This document shows, in pieces, positions 1-10,799 of a DNA stretch of 64,000 bases. Origin of the DNA: an uncultured Oligoflexus sp. (GTDB lineage: Bacteria; Bdellovibrionota_B; Oligoflexia; Oligoflexales; Oligoflexaceae); the NCBI GenBank assembly GCA_964236955.1, contig CAXSGP010000005.1, forward strand, positions 32,044-96,043, read 5' to 3'. Position 1 is the stretch's first letter; each line of letters starts with the position of its first letter. The notes under the pieces were generated by a model that saw nothing but the letters and a program-made list of their open reading frames with translations, did not search any database and was not told where the DNA came from. The position numbers were made by a program, and so were the translations under genes.

Positions 1-1002
1 TTCGCGGAAGGGATTGAGATTCATGTGGGAGTCGGAGCCTATGCACCACGAACCGCCGCTTTTCTGATAGTCGAGGATGGGAAAAATCCCGTCTCCCAGA
101 TTGGCTTCGGTGGACGGACAAAGCACAACTGTCGCTCCGGATTTCACAAGTTTCTGGCTCTCTTCCGGCGAGATGTGGGTGGCGTGCACGAGGTTGTGAT
201 GGACGCTCAGGGGGACATTATCGTAGAGCCAATCGATAGGTCTAACGCCATAGGCCTCAACGAAGGCCCTCACGTCTTCGGTTTGCTCAGAGGCATGAAG
301 GTGCGCGGGCCCTTTGGTCCAGGCTCCGCTCAGGATCGTCTTGATATCATCGAGAGGCGCGGCTCGCAGCGAATGCACGCCATAACCCACGATCACATCC
401 GGATAATTCGCCTTGGCGACGCTAACAGTTTGTTCAATAAAAGACAGATAGATATCGCTAGCCTTAAAATGAAAACGCCTCTGCTGGGGCTTGATGGGGA
501 CGTTTGGTGCCGCCTGGTTATAATAGACGGGAATCAGAGTGAGGAGGATTCCAGCCTGTTCCGCTGCTTCCATGATGACTTCCGCAACCTGGGTAGGGCG
601 CGGATGAGCCTTGCCGGATTGTTCATGATGAAGATAATGGAACTCGGCAACCGATGTGTAACCCTGCTCCAATAGATTCATATAAAGTTGGGTCGTCACG
701 GCCAGCAGTTCGTCGAGTTGAATATCATTGGCGAGTTGATACATCTGCTCACGCCAAAACCAAAAGTCGTCGTGCTCACGGCCGGGCACCATGCGCTCCG
801 ATAAGCCTGACATCACATACTGAAAGGAATGGGAATGGCCGTTGGGAATACCTGGCATCAGGTAAACATCATAATCTTCGGCGGGCCCATTGATTTCTGC
901 TGCGCTCGTCCTGACGATCTTACCCGCTGCATCAAGCTGAATAGCAAAAGGACTCTGCCAACGACCATTCCAATAGGCCGCTTTAAATTTGAGCCATTTC
1001 AT
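1..1002 (-). CDS. hutF: Formimidoylglutamate deiminase (3' end outside window)
   Basis: Not in the ORF track. Manual minus-strand translation from ATG 1002 gives MKWLKF...LMPGIPNGHSHSFQYVMSGLSE...DDFWFWREQMY, the HutF amidohydrolase signature. ATGA overlap with hutG. Confidence 0.9.
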   Translation of the reverse strand, partial: MKWLKFKAAYWNGRWQSPFAIQLDAAGKIVRTSAAEINGPAEDYDVYLMPGIPNGHSHSFQYVMSGLSERMVPGREHDDFWFWREQMYQLANDIQLDELLAVTTQLYMNLLEQGYTSVAEFHYLHHEQSGKAHPRPTQVAEVIMEAAEQAGILLTLIPVYYNQAAPNVPIKPQQRRFHFKASDIYLSFIEQTVSVAKANYPDVIVGYGVHSLRAAPLDDIKTILSGAWTKGPAHLHASEQTEDVRAFVEAYGVRPIDWLYDNVPLSVHHNLVHATHISPEESQKLVKSGATVVLCPSTEANLGDGIFPILDYQKSGGSWCIGSDSHMNLNPFRE

Positions 1003-1799
1003 AGATTTGCCATCCCTTCGGCCAAGGCTTTAAGAGTTGTTGCGAGGAGCGGCTTAAGTATTTTGGCCTTGATGGGATCGAGCATTCCATCGGTCATATA
1101 GATATCCTGTGACATCTCAAGCTGCATGGCATGGACATAAGGTGTTGAGCGTCCATGAAAGCGGGTGATCTGCCCGCCTTTAAACGGAGCGTTGTAGGCT
1201 ACGGTAAACGCCGATTGGCGAAGGCTTTGCAAGGCGATGCCCACGAGAGCAGGCGCTGCCGTTTGTCCATCACGATCCCCTAACATCAAATCAGGAAAAG
1301 GATCCGCCTGGATCGACTGGACCCGTCGTTTGATGGAATGGGCATCCCAAAGTAAAACCCGTCCAAATTTTTGCACGGCACGATCGATCTGCCGGTGCAG
1401 CTCTTCATAGTAGGGGCGATAGTAGAGCTCGATACGCTTTTGGCGTTCGCTCTCGTCGATCTGATAGCCCTCCCGGTAAAGTGGAATGCCATCGAAACTT
1501 GTCGAGGGGATAAACTCGGTCTGCCGTCGACTGTCAGCATAAAGCGAAGGGCCTTCTACCGGACGGTTCAGGTCGATGACGTAACGGCTATAGCGGGCCT
1601 TGATCAACACCGCGCCGAGCGATGGCGCGAAGTCATAGAGTTGGTCGACGAACCAATCGGTGTCAGGCAATTGCAGGGCCATGTCGGGATTCAATTGTTC
1701 TTTTACGTGGAGGGGAAGTTCGGTGCCCACATGCGGAGCACTGATTATAATGGGAATGTGGCTTTGGCCAGAGGCAAAGGTTTCGTAGGGAATGAGCAT
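999..1799 (-). CDS. hutG: N-formylglutamate amidohydrolase
   Basis: SAPHVG, DTDWFVDQLY, SRYVIDLNR, DAHSI, FKGGQITR and HAMQLE motifs; adjacent to hutF. Confidence 0.92.
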   Translation of the reverse strand: MLIPYETFASGQSHIPIIISAPHVGTELPLHVKEQLNPDMALQLPDTDWFVDQLYDFAPSLGAVLIKARYSRYVIDLNRPVEGPSLYADSRRQTEFIPSTSFDGIPLYREGYQIDESERQKRIELYYRPYYEELHRQIDRAVQKFGRVLLWDAHSIKRRVQSIQADPFPDLMLGDRDGQTAAPALVGIALQSLRQSAFTVAYNAPFKGGQITRFHGRSTPYVHAMQLEMSQDIYMTDGMLDPIKAKILKPLLATTLKALAEGMANL

Positions 1800-2018
1800 G
1801 GGTTAACCTCTCCACAGACAGTCAAATCCTGTCACTATCTTAGTGTCTGCCGGGAAAAGGCGATGGCTGCGTTTCGTCGGCAGAAAAAAATGCTCATTTA
1901 TGGGGAATAAACACCGCTTTTTGTCTGCCTCGCGCCTTGCCATCCCCAGTTCCGGACCGACACTATCTTAGCGAAGAGGTCATAACAAGGCGAAACAATT
2001 TACCGGCCTGAGACCGCT

Positions 2019-2408
2019 TCACATGGGAATTGTCATGTTATTTTCAAGTTCTACCTTGGATAGGTCAAAGGCCGACTGAATATCGGTCAGGAGCTTTGGC
2101 AAAGGATCCAGAGTACCCGCGCGACTCAAAGTTTCAAGCGTCTCCGCCAACTTCATAAGCCGAACGGCTCCCAAATTACCAGCCGTGCCCTTCAAAGTAT
2201 GAGCACTTTTCGAAACGGCTGTGGGATCCCCCTCGCCGACTCCCTCAAGCATCTCCTTGATTAAAACAGGAACACGACTAAAAAAAAGCTCGACCAGATC
2301 CTTGAAGAAGCCATCCGCATCTCCAGGCTCCGCGAGCTCTTTCACAGCGTCTAATTTGTCATGATCGATCAGTGGGACCTGGTCTGCCGAAATGTCGACA
2401 CCTATCAT
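2019..2408 (-). CDS. Stand-alone Hpt phosphotransfer protein
   Basis: AHTLKGTAGNLGA Hpt motif. Confidence 0.88.
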   Translation of the reverse strand: MIGVDISADQVPLIDHDKLDAVKELAEPGDADGFFKDLVELFFSRVPVLIKEMLEGVGEGDPTAVSKSAHTLKGTAGNLGAVRLMKLAETLETLSRAGTLDPLPKLLTDIQSAFDLSKVELENNMTIPM

Positions 2409-2426
2409 GATCCCTCCATTTACAAT

Positions 2427-3146
2427 TTAAGATGCAACATTTAAAGCTTGGTACTCTTCGCCAAGATCTTTCAAATAGAATCCTACACCGTATTTAGTCT
2501 CAATCACAACTGCACTTGATACATCACGCAGGAGCTGACGAACGGCATGCAGTTTACGATGCAGAGCATTGTCTGTCACTTTGATCTGGCCCCAGCAGCG
2601 CATCTTTAGACCATCCTTTTCGACGATGGAACCTTCGGTGTTGGCCAAGCATGCAAGAAGATTGACTTCAATCGGAGATGCAAAGCGTTTTCCCAAAGGT
2701 CCTTCGACCGTGCGATGCGCGGAGTCAATTGTGATGTCACCGAAAACGACAACTTCCTTGGCTGCTTTTTGAGCAGCATCATTGATTCTCAATTTAAATC
2801 TAGCATTTACTTCATCGGGGATAAGAGGCTTACGGATGAAATCGTCGGCTCCGGAGTTTAGGGCACGCACAATGGTTATCTCTGTTGGAGTGTCGGTGAC
2901 GACCATTATAGGGCAAAAGGGCCATGCCTGACGGATGTTGGGGATAATGTCCAAACCGGATTTATTGCCGGCAAAATCGATGTCTACAAACACCGCGATG
3001 GGGTGTAGCTCCTCGAGACGGGCCATAAGCTCCTCAGAGGTCCTAATACCCACCGTACGGATTTTAGTGGAGCGTTCTATAATCTGATGAACCAACTGAT
3101 CGTCATCGAGGGTGACAGTGTAGGCATCGCCGGGAAGACCTTTCAT
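2427..3146 (-). CDS. OmpR-family response regulator (REC + winged helix)
   Basis: LDDD, VFVD, GADDFIRKP; C-terminal IETKYGVGFY. Confidence 0.88.
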   Translation of the reverse strand: MKGLPGDAYTVTLDDDQLVHQIIERSTKIRTVGIRTSEELMARLEELHPIAVFVDIDFAGNKSGLDIIPNIRQAWPFCPIMVVTDTPTEITIVRALNSGADDFIRKPLIPDEVNARFKLRINDAAQKAAKEVVVFGDITIDSAHRTVEGPLGKRFASPIEVNLLACLANTEGSIVEKDGLKMRCWGQIKVTDNALHRKLHAVRQLLRDVSSAVVIETKYGVGFYLKDLGEEYQALNVAS

Positions 3147-3188
3147 GATCGAATCCTTACTAAGACGTTAAAAATCAAGCTAAACTCT

Positions 3189-3215
3189 AGATCGGTGAAA
3201 GCCCGGCAATTTTTA
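3189..3215 (-). promoter_or_regulatory. Putative sigma28 (FliA)-type promoter for the RR-Hpt operon
   Basis: Minus strand TAAAAATT-N11-ACCGATCT vs consensus TAAAGTTT-N11-GCCGATAA, about 40 bp upstream of the ATG. Confidence 0.45.
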
Positions 3216-3446
3216 ACCGGAGGCAGAACTTTCTTGCCTGCCTCAGCCAATTTTTAACTTAAGCTCTAAGAATTATTCATTATTAATAGTTGAGAAAAAT
3301 TGCATCTGTAAGCTTTGACAAGGCAATTCCCACCTAGCAAATAAATTGAGCCCAGGCATTACCCATTTTATTCAATGATATCAATCATATAATCTAATAT
3401 CTTGATTTCATAGAACTAAAAGCAAAAAAAACATTGTATATCAATT

Positions 3447-3462
3447 AGGCATAGCTGTTGCA
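3447..3462 (+). promoter_or_regulatory. Putative sigma54 -24/-12 promoter
   Basis: AGGCATAGCTGTTGCA: GG-N10-GC matching TGGCAC-N5-TTGC; AT-rich upstream region. Confidence 0.65.
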
Positions 3463-3523
3463 TAAGCATGAGCAGTTGCTCCCCCCTGTTGCTGTTGTTC
3501 CAAGCTGTTGTTGAGGTTCCTCC

Positions 3524-4132
3524 ATGCTGACCCGTTTGTGCCGTGCCGCTGCTGTCATGTCCCTGTTTTCCCTCATTGCCTGTAAGGAGTACAAAGTAAG
3601 CGAAATCAAAGATTTTAGACTTTATGTGAATAGCGACAACGCTGAACTCAAATCAGCAATCATTGAACTCACTGAACAATACAATAATGATGTCGGCGCT
3701 CAGGCATTGACAGTTGTCGAAGACAAAGACGACTCAAATTCGAACATCAACTTTGTAGACCATCTTACCGATTCCGAAGGTTCCAAATTGGGTCTTGGTC
3801 AGTGGATCACCACTGAAAAATCCAAGAATAATGTCGGTAGCTACGGAGCGGAAAGACAGGTTACTGTGATCCACTCAATGTCTTTGGAATTCGATGCCGA
3901 AAACTTTGCAAAAAAATTGCAAGGCATGACTGATCAATCTTCAGATGAATACAAACATCTCTATCACTTGTTCTGTCATGAGGTTGGCCACGGTATGCAG
4001 CTTGATCATAGCAATGACAAATCAAGCGTCATGTACAAAAGCATTCCTGACCACTATTCACGCGAAATCGATTTTAATGGCTATTTTGCTTACATCCGTC
4101 GCTACCTGAACCTTGATGGTTCAGCACATTGA
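3524..4132 (+). CDS. Matrixin/metzincin-family zinc metalloprotease, probable lipoprotein
   Basis: HEVGHGMQLDH zinc motif, SVMY Met-turn, lipobox LIAC. Confidence 0.85.
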   Translation: MLTRLCRAAAVMSLFSLIACKEYKVSEIKDFRLYVNSDNAELKSAIIELTEQYNNDVGAQALTVVEDKDDSNSNINFVDHLTDSEGSKLGLGQWITTEKSKNNVGSYGAERQVTVIHSMSLEFDAENFAKKLQGMTDQSSDEYKHLYHLFCHEVGHGMQLDHSNDKSSVMYKSIPDHYSREIDFNGYFAYIRRYLNLDGSAH

Positions 4133-4174
4133 TCTAAAACTGTGTTTCTTTCAGGCCTTAGAAGAACGCCTAGT

Positions 4175-5587
4175 CTAATAGGCGTTCTTTCCCCTTACCA
4201 CCTCGTCGATCGTCATAAACAAAATCTTAATATCAAGCCACAGCGACCAATTCTGAATATAGAAAAGATCACATTCAATTCTTTTTTCTATACTCGTGCT
4301 GCCGCGCCAGCCATTGACCTGAGCCCAGCCCGTCATACCCGTCTTTACCTTATGCCTGAGCATATAGCCGGAAATCTCCTGGCGAAACTGCTTGACGAAG
4401 ACCGGACGTTCCGGTCGCGGTCCAACCAACGACATTTCGCCCATCAACACATTTATAAATTGTGGCAGCTCATCGAGACTCGTCCGGCGCAGTAGATTGC
4501 CCAGGGGCGTCGCCCGGTTGTCGCCGGCCTGAGCCCAAATAGCCCCGGTATGCAGCTCGGCATCGACCGGCATGGAACGAAATTTCAAGCATTGAAAAGA
4601 AGATCCATCAAGACCCATACGTTCCTGCTTATAGAAAATGGGCCCCTTCGAGCTCAGCTTGATGAGGACCGCAACGATCAGCATGAGAGGGCTGAACAGA
4701 ATGAGCGCGACAAGGGCTCCAAACATATCCATCAGTCGTTTCGCAAGAAGGTTTGATCCTGTCAAAGGGCTTTCATGCACACTGATAAGCGGAATGCCTT
4801 CGATCAATTCAATCCCCGGGTTGAGCTTGGTAAAGCGCGCGATATCGGGAAGGACTTTGATCTCCGGGACCTGGTGGGAAATCTTCTCGAGGTTTATGTC
4901 GATAAAATTTGTATAGCTTTGAGGCAGAGCAATCAATAAGGATTGAGTGGGACGCTCAAGGAAAAACTGGGTCCAATTGCTTGGCTCGGCAATGCACTCA
5001 AGACCACGTTCGCGGGCCAACACCTCGTCCTGGGATTTATCATCGGTGCCCGGCAGCACAATCACGGGCCGGACCGTCGGATCCATTCCCCGCAGTAAGG
5101 TGAGCACCTGTAAAAGTCCATAACCCCTGGCGATAACCAGCAGCTGTCTTGGATCCTGCTTATTTTGATACCAACGGTGGCAGAGCCTGATGAAATATCG
5201 TCCAGCTAAAATGCATAGCGGCTGAAGAGCCCCAAATAAGACGAGCGTGAGGCGCGAGTAACGATACTCTTCATAGAAGTAACTGAAGGTGATCAGCATC
5301 ACCAGGGCGACGGTAGCGGTCGGAATCAGATCGAAAGCCTCAAGAATCGGGCTGGAGTGCCGGCCCGATCGTTTCATGAGTCCTGTCGTCAAGGCGCTAA
5401 ATATCCAAATTACCAGCACAAAGGGGATAATTTTTATATATAGCCCGACCGGTGGCACGCCACGCGGCACCTCGAGGCTTGTGTGAAAGCGCAGGACATA
5501 GGCCAGGCACCACGCAAACGCTGCCATGACCATGTCAGAAGCCGTTATCATGACCGATAGGGACTGAGAGTGTCTATGGTAAATCAC
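4175..5587 (-). CDS. Undecaprenyl-phosphate sugar-1-phosphate transferase (WcaJ-like)
   Basis: N-terminal TM helices; [35 protein letters not shown]. Confidence 0.93.
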   Translation of the reverse strand: MIYHRHSQSLSVMITASDMVMAAFAWCLAYVLRFHTSLEVPRGVPPVGLYIKIIPFVLVIWIFSALTTGLMKRSGRHSSPILEAFDLIPTATVALVMLITFSYFYEEYRYSRLTLVLFGALQPLCILAGRYFIRLCHRWYQNKQDPRQLLVIARGYGLLQVLTLLRGMDPTVRPVIVLPGTDDKSQDEVLARERGLECIAEPSNWTQFFLERPTQSLLIALPQSYTNFIDINLEKISHQVPEIKVLPDIARFTKLNPGIELIEGIPLISVHESPLTGSNLLAKRLMDMFGALVALILFSPLMLIVAVLIKLSSKGPIFYKQERMGLDGSSFQCLKFRSMPVDAELHTGAIWAQAGDNRATPLGNLLRRTSLDELPQFINVLMGEMSLVGPRPERPVFVKQFRQEISGYMLRHKVKTGMTGWAQVNGWRGSTSIEKRIECDLFYIQNWSLWLDIKILFMTIDEVVRGKNAY

Positions 5588-6678
5588 TTTAATCCTTCCA
5601 AAGCATTCAGCTCTTGACGAATCTTTTCTAGAAAAGAAGTTTTGGAAAAACCCTTCGCAAATGTTTCGAGCTCACTTGAGTCAAAACGCATGCTTTCAAA
5701 ACGAAGGATCGCCGCCATCAAAGACTCAGCCTTTGCCTCTTCAAAGAAGGTACCGGTCCGACCCTCTTCAACAAAGTCAAGGGCTCCACCCGCCTTAAAA
5801 GCGATCAAGGGGGTATTGGCGGCAAGCGCTTCTATCGCGGTTATTCCGAAATCTTCGACCCCGGGAAAGAGCAAAGCCTTAGCACCTTGAAATAACTTCA
5901 CCCATTCCTCTGCATTCGGCTTAATGACAAATTCCGTATGCTTTCCCGCAAATTTTCTCAACCTTTTTTCATCAGGTCCGGACCCAATGACTTTAAGTGG
6001 CTCGCCGAGGCGCTCACAGGCCTCTATCGCTAAATCAAATCTTTTGTAGGAAACAAAGGCACCGGCGACGAGAAAATAGTCTTTTTTAATGGGTGGAGGA
6101 ATGTGGAGAAAAAAGCGTTCCAGGTCCACAGGCGGATGAATAACCTTGGAATCTCGCCGGTAATAACGCGTGATTCGTTTGGATACGAAAGAACTGTTGG
6201 CAATAAAACAATCGACGCCATGATTGGACGAGACATCCCAAATTCTAAGACGCTGACTTAGAAGGTGAATCAAAAAATCTTTCAGGGAAAAGCTAGAATT
6301 TCTGTCTAAATAATGCTGCCTTTGATCCCATATATAGCGCATCGGGGAATGCATATAGCAGAGGTGCCGGGCATAGGGACCGATCAACACGCCCTTCGCA
6401 ACACAAGAACTCGTGCTTATGACTAGATCATAGCCTTCGAGCGGGAGTGATTCAATCGCGGCGGGCAGCAGCGGAAGCAAAGCTTTCCGCAGTGGCTTCA
6501 GATGATTAAGCCACTTCGGAACGTGGACAGTGCGCTGCCGGATGCTCGCCGGCATGTGGGAGGGTGAATAGAATAGCGTATAAATGGGAGCATCCGGATA
6601 GAGTTCCAGGAGAGCCTCCAGCACTTTCTCACCGCCTCGATATGTCACTAGCCAATCATGAACGTATGCTACGCGCAC
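5584..6678 (-). CDS. GT4 family glycosyltransferase
   Basis: HDWL..RGGEKV, EDFGITAIEA. Confidence 0.92.
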   Translation of the reverse strand: MRVAYVHDWLVTYRGGEKVLEALLELYPDAPIYTLFYSPSHMPASIRQRTVHVPKWLNHLKPLRKALLPLLPAAIESLPLEGYDLVISTSSCVAKGVLIGPYARHLCYMHSPMRYIWDQRQHYLDRNSSFSLKDFLIHLLSQRLRIWDVSSNHGVDCFIANSSFVSKRITRYYRRDSKVIHPPVDLERFFLHIPPPIKKDYFLVAGAFVSYKRFDLAIEACERLGEPLKVIGSGPDEKRLRKFAGKHTEFVIKPNAEEWVKLFQGAKALLFPGVEDFGITAIEALAANTPLIAFKAGGALDFVEEGRTGTFFEEAKAESLMAAILRFESMRFDSSELETFAKGFSKTSFLEKIRQELNALEGLK

Positions 6679-7011
6679 GAATGCCCTCCTTGTAAACTTG
6701 AGAAGAACATAAAATTATGCGCTTCGACTCTGAAAAACTCAGTAAAAAAACAACGTCCCATCCGTATGATACGTCTCTTCCCGAAAAAAACTCAGCCCAT
6801 CAGAAAGGCGGGGCACCTTGCGGTTTATCTTAAGCGTCTGTTAAGATAATTAATGAAGACCACGAGCAATCAGCGTTTCAAGACTCCACGGGTAGCCAGC
6901 ACGAGTGGCTCTCGCCAATAGTTCTGTGAGCCATGTGTTTATCCCAGCATCTTAGAATCCGCTCTGAAGACACCCCGTCTAATAGAGAACTGAGGAGGCG
7001 ACGACTTCTCC

Positions 7012-8157
7012 ATGAATCAGCGCAATGTCTTTGATGGCAGCCTGACATCCGAATTTGATCCTTCAGGAATTGAACGCAGTTCACTGTTCGCGGGAGGTTC
7101 CTTGCGTCAGGTCTTTAGTGAAATTGTTGGCAAGAGCGATGTAATGGAAGCAGTTCTCCAAACTGTGGGGAAGATAGCCCGCTCCGAAGCGCCCGTCCTT
7201 ATTCGAGGCGAAAGCGGAACGGGAAAAGAACTCATTGCCAAAGCGCTGCATAGGATGTCGAGCCGCGCAAGCAAGCGCTTAATATCTATAAACTGTTCTG
7301 CAATTCCTGATACTTTGTTGGAATCAGAACTGTTCGGTAGTGTTAAGGGAGCCTTCACAGGCGCCGATAAAACCCGCAAGGGCTATTTTGAAGAAGCGAA
7401 TGGTGGCACACTTTTCCTCGACGAAATCGGGGATATGCCGCTCACCCTTCAGTCAAAGCTCCTAAGGGTTCTTCAAGAGAAAAAATTTGTTCCTATCGGG
7501 TCGACTGAACCTCGACATGCCGATGTTCGCATCATAACCGCGACCAATGTCGATCTGGACGATGCTGTAGGCAAACAAAAGTTTAGAAACGATCTTTATT
7601 ATCGCCTCAATGTCTTGCCCATTCTCCTGCCGCCTTTGCGTGAACGTAAGGGTGATGTGAGACTTTTGCTTGATCACACGCTCAATCTTTTTAATATGAC
7701 TCACGCTCTGAACAATCCTTGCTACTTTAACAACGAAGCCTATCAATGCCTCGAACGTTATAACTGGCCGGGAAACGTCAGAGAACTCATCAACCTCATC
7801 GAACGCCTCGTCGTTATGAGCGGTGGCGGTGAAATCGATATCCGCGCTTTGCCCAATGAATATAAGACGGTTAAGGCCGGCGCCAGCGCTAAGGCCGTTG
7901 ACACGTCCTTTTTCTATAGCGACGCGCCCCTAATCATGCCTGACCTGGCTTCAGTTGAACTCCTGCCGGCCCAGGGCCTAAATCTTGAGACCTACATCGA
8001 GCAGCTTGAGAATACATTGATCATGCAGGCACTCGAACGCACCGGAAACAATAAAAACCAAGCGGCAAAGCTGCTCGGTTTGAATCGGACGACCCTGGTC
8101 GAACGGATTAAAAAAAGAAAGCTTGTCCCACTCAACGCCCCTTCTAAAGAACTTTAA
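7012..8157 (+). CDS. Sigma54-dependent enhancer-binding protein (AAA+ plus Fis HTH, no receiver domain)
   Basis: GESGTGKE, GAFTGA, FLDEIG, WPGNVREL, NQAAKLLGLNRTTL. Confidence 0.93.
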   Translation: MNQRNVFDGSLTSEFDPSGIERSSLFAGGSLRQVFSEIVGKSDVMEAVLQTVGKIARSEAPVLIRGESGTGKELIAKALHRMSSRASKRLISINCSAIPDTLLESELFGSVKGAFTGADKTRKGYFEEANGGTLFLDEIGDMPLTLQSKLLRVLQEKKFVPIGSTEPRHADVRIITATNVDLDDAVGKQKFRNDLYYRLNVLPILLPPLRERKGDVRLLLDHTLNLFNMTHALNNPCYFNNEAYQCLERYNWPGNVRELINLIERLVVMSGGGEIDIRALPNEYKTVKAGASAKAVDTSFFYSDAPLIMPDLASVELLPAQGLNLETYIEQLENTLIMQALERTGNNKNQAAKLLGLNRTTLVERIKKRKLVPLNAPSKEL

Positions 8158-8160
8158 GAC

Positions 8161-8189
8161 AAAAGCTGCCGTCTCTCAAGGACGGCAGC
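8161..8189 (-). terminator. Intrinsic terminator between convergent bEBP gene and frr
   Basis: GCTGCCGTC/GACGGCAGC 9-bp stem; A-run at 8161-8164 gives a U-tail on the minus strand. Confidence 0.7.
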
Positions 8190-8228
8190 CTCATTACGAA
8201 CCAAACTTTTGCATTTTGAAGTCAAGAC

Positions 8229-8783
8229 CTAAACAGTCATGACTTCTTTTTCTTTTTTAGCCATCTTGTCATCGAGAACCTTGATAAAGGAATCGGTGAT
8301 TTTTTGTACTTCTTCCTGCATACGCTTGGCTTCGTCCTCGGTAACGACCTTATCTTTCTCTTCTTTCTTCACTTCTTCATTGATATCTCGACGGATATGG
8401 CGTATCGAGATTTTCGCGTCCTCTCCCATCTTTTTCAGCTGCTTCACGATATCCTTACGACGTTCTTCATTGAGCTGAGGAATCGGCACCCGCACGACGA
8501 CACCATCGGAGTTCGGCTGCAATCCAAGATCGGCCTTCATGATCGACCGTTCAATCTCTTGAATAAGCTTTTTCTCAAAGGGTGAAATCAAGATCGTTCG
8601 GGCGTCTGGCGTCGATAGCGTGGCTACCTGATTCAAAGGACTAGGCGTGCCATAATAATCAACCTTGACATTGTCGAGGATGCTGATCGACGCGCGACCC
8701 GTACGGATCTTGGTCAAATCCTTATCGAAGCCAGCGATTCGAGTGTTCATTTCGTTTTTACATTTTTCGATAAGTGCAGTCAT
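8229..8783 (-). CDS. frr: Ribosome recycling factor
   Basis: IRTGRAS, DYYGTPSPLNQVA, EERRKD; synteny with pyrH. Confidence 0.98.
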   Translation of the reverse strand: MTALIEKCKNEMNTRIAGFDKDLTKIRTGRASISILDNVKVDYYGTPSPLNQVATLSTPDARTILISPFEKKLIQEIERSIMKADLGLQPNSDGVVVRVPIPQLNEERRKDIVKQLKKMGEDAKISIRHIRRDINEEVKKEEKDKVVTEDEAKRMQEEVQKITDSFIKVLDDKMAKKEKEVMTV

Positions 8784-8822
8784 ATCATTTACCTCTTCTT
8801 CTGCGTCTGCTTTTTCAGTATT

Positions 8823-9539
<717 letters not shown>

Positions 9540-9680
9540 TTATTGCCTCGTCACAAAGACTGCTGCGGTTGGTCTTTTCTTATCCACAAAAGTATACACG
9601 GGCTGTTTCAAAAGACCGAGACTTACTCTTACAAAGTCGCCGAACCTGGACCTTTGAGGATGGCAACCCTAAAATGAAAC

Positions 9681-9706
9681 AAGCCCCGAAGTGTCCTTCG
9701 GGGCTT
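9681..9706 (-). terminator. Terminator/hairpin after tsf
   Basis: AAGCCCCGAAG/CTTCGGGGCTT 11-bp stem just after the tsf stop. Confidence 0.7.
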
Positions 9707-9715
9707 ATTATTCAA

Positions 9716-10612
9716 TTAACGAAGAACGGCAGCTACTTCATCCGCGAAGTTTTCTTTCTTCTTCTCGATGCCTTCACCGAGCTTGAAGAGATGAAAAGCT
9801 GTCAGCTGAGCGCCTTTGCCTTTTTCCGCAACAACTTGCTTAATCGACTGGCCAGGATCCTTCACAAAACCCTGTTCGATCAAAACAATCTCTTTGTAGA
9901 ACTTGTTGATTTGACCAACTAGGATTTTTTCCCACATGTTTTCCGGCTTGCCTTGCTCAAGTAGAGCTTTACGGCCCAGTTCCTTCTCAGTTTCGATTTC
10001 CGATGCTTCGACTTCTTCGCTCTTCAGATAGCGAGGACCAGCCGCCGCCGCGTGCATTGCTATATCTTTGCCAAGATCTTGAATATCCTGGCCTTCCGCG
10101 CCGTCAAGAAGAACGAGAGAACCGATTTTACCACCCATGTGGGTATAAGCGGAAACTGTTCCTTTGGCGGTCGTGAGGAGACCCAGACGCCGTATTTTCA
10201 TGTTTTCGCCAAGCTTCGCAATCAGGGTCGTCAGACGGCCACCAACGGTTTCGCCATCGGCAAGCTTCATGACTTTCAGGGCCTCGACATCGCTTACTTT
10301 TTGAGAGAGGGCCAACTTCGAAACATCGTCTGCAAATTTGACGAAATCCTCATTCTTACTTACGAAGTCTGTCTCACAGTTGAATTCTACGACAACACCC
10401 GTGTGGTGGTCAGAACTCACGGCGATCTTGACGATGCCTTCTGCGGCTATGCGATCAGCTTTTTTCGCAGCGCGTGAAAGGCCGCGCTCACGGAGCCAAA
10501 GGACCGCTTTGTCCAAGTCGCCTTGGTTTTCTTCAAGAGCTTTCTTACATTCCATCATGCCGACGCCGGTTTTCTCGCGAAGATCTTTAACCATGCCTGC
10601 TGTAATTGTCAC
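9716..10612 (-). CDS. tsf: Elongation factor Ts
   Basis: LREKTGVGMMECKKAL, NCETDFV. Confidence 0.98.
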   Translation of the reverse strand: MTITAGMVKDLREKTGVGMMECKKALEENQGDLDKAVLWLRERGLSRAAKKADRIAAEGIVKIAVSSDHHTGVVVEFNCETDFVSKNEDFVKFADDVSKLALSQKVSDVEALKVMKLADGETVGGRLTTLIAKLGENMKIRRLGLLTTAKGTVSAYTHMGGKIGSLVLLDGAEGQDIQDLGKDIAMHAAAAGPRYLKSEEVEASEIETEKELGRKALLEQGKPENMWEKILVGQINKFYKEIVLIEQGFVKDPGQSIKQVVAEKGKGAQLTAFHLFKLGEGIEKKKENFADEVAAVLR

Positions 10613-10799
10613 GATAATCCTCCTGAATCAAAAAAGGCTGGAAGCCATCAATTTGAGCGTTGCAAAGGCTTAAGGTTCACCTTGGATCCCTGACATTGCA
10701 CACTTTTTTGGTCGGCCTCAGATATTTAGAAAATATGAGTCAACAATAATGAGATGCGAAGGTGAGGCCTAAAAGGTAACTTTGCGGCCCCTTCGTCAA

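Noticed and set aside
25..1101. Plus-strand ORFs 25-675, 654-893 and 829-1101
   Set aside because: Antisense shadows of hutF/hutG with no recognisable motifs
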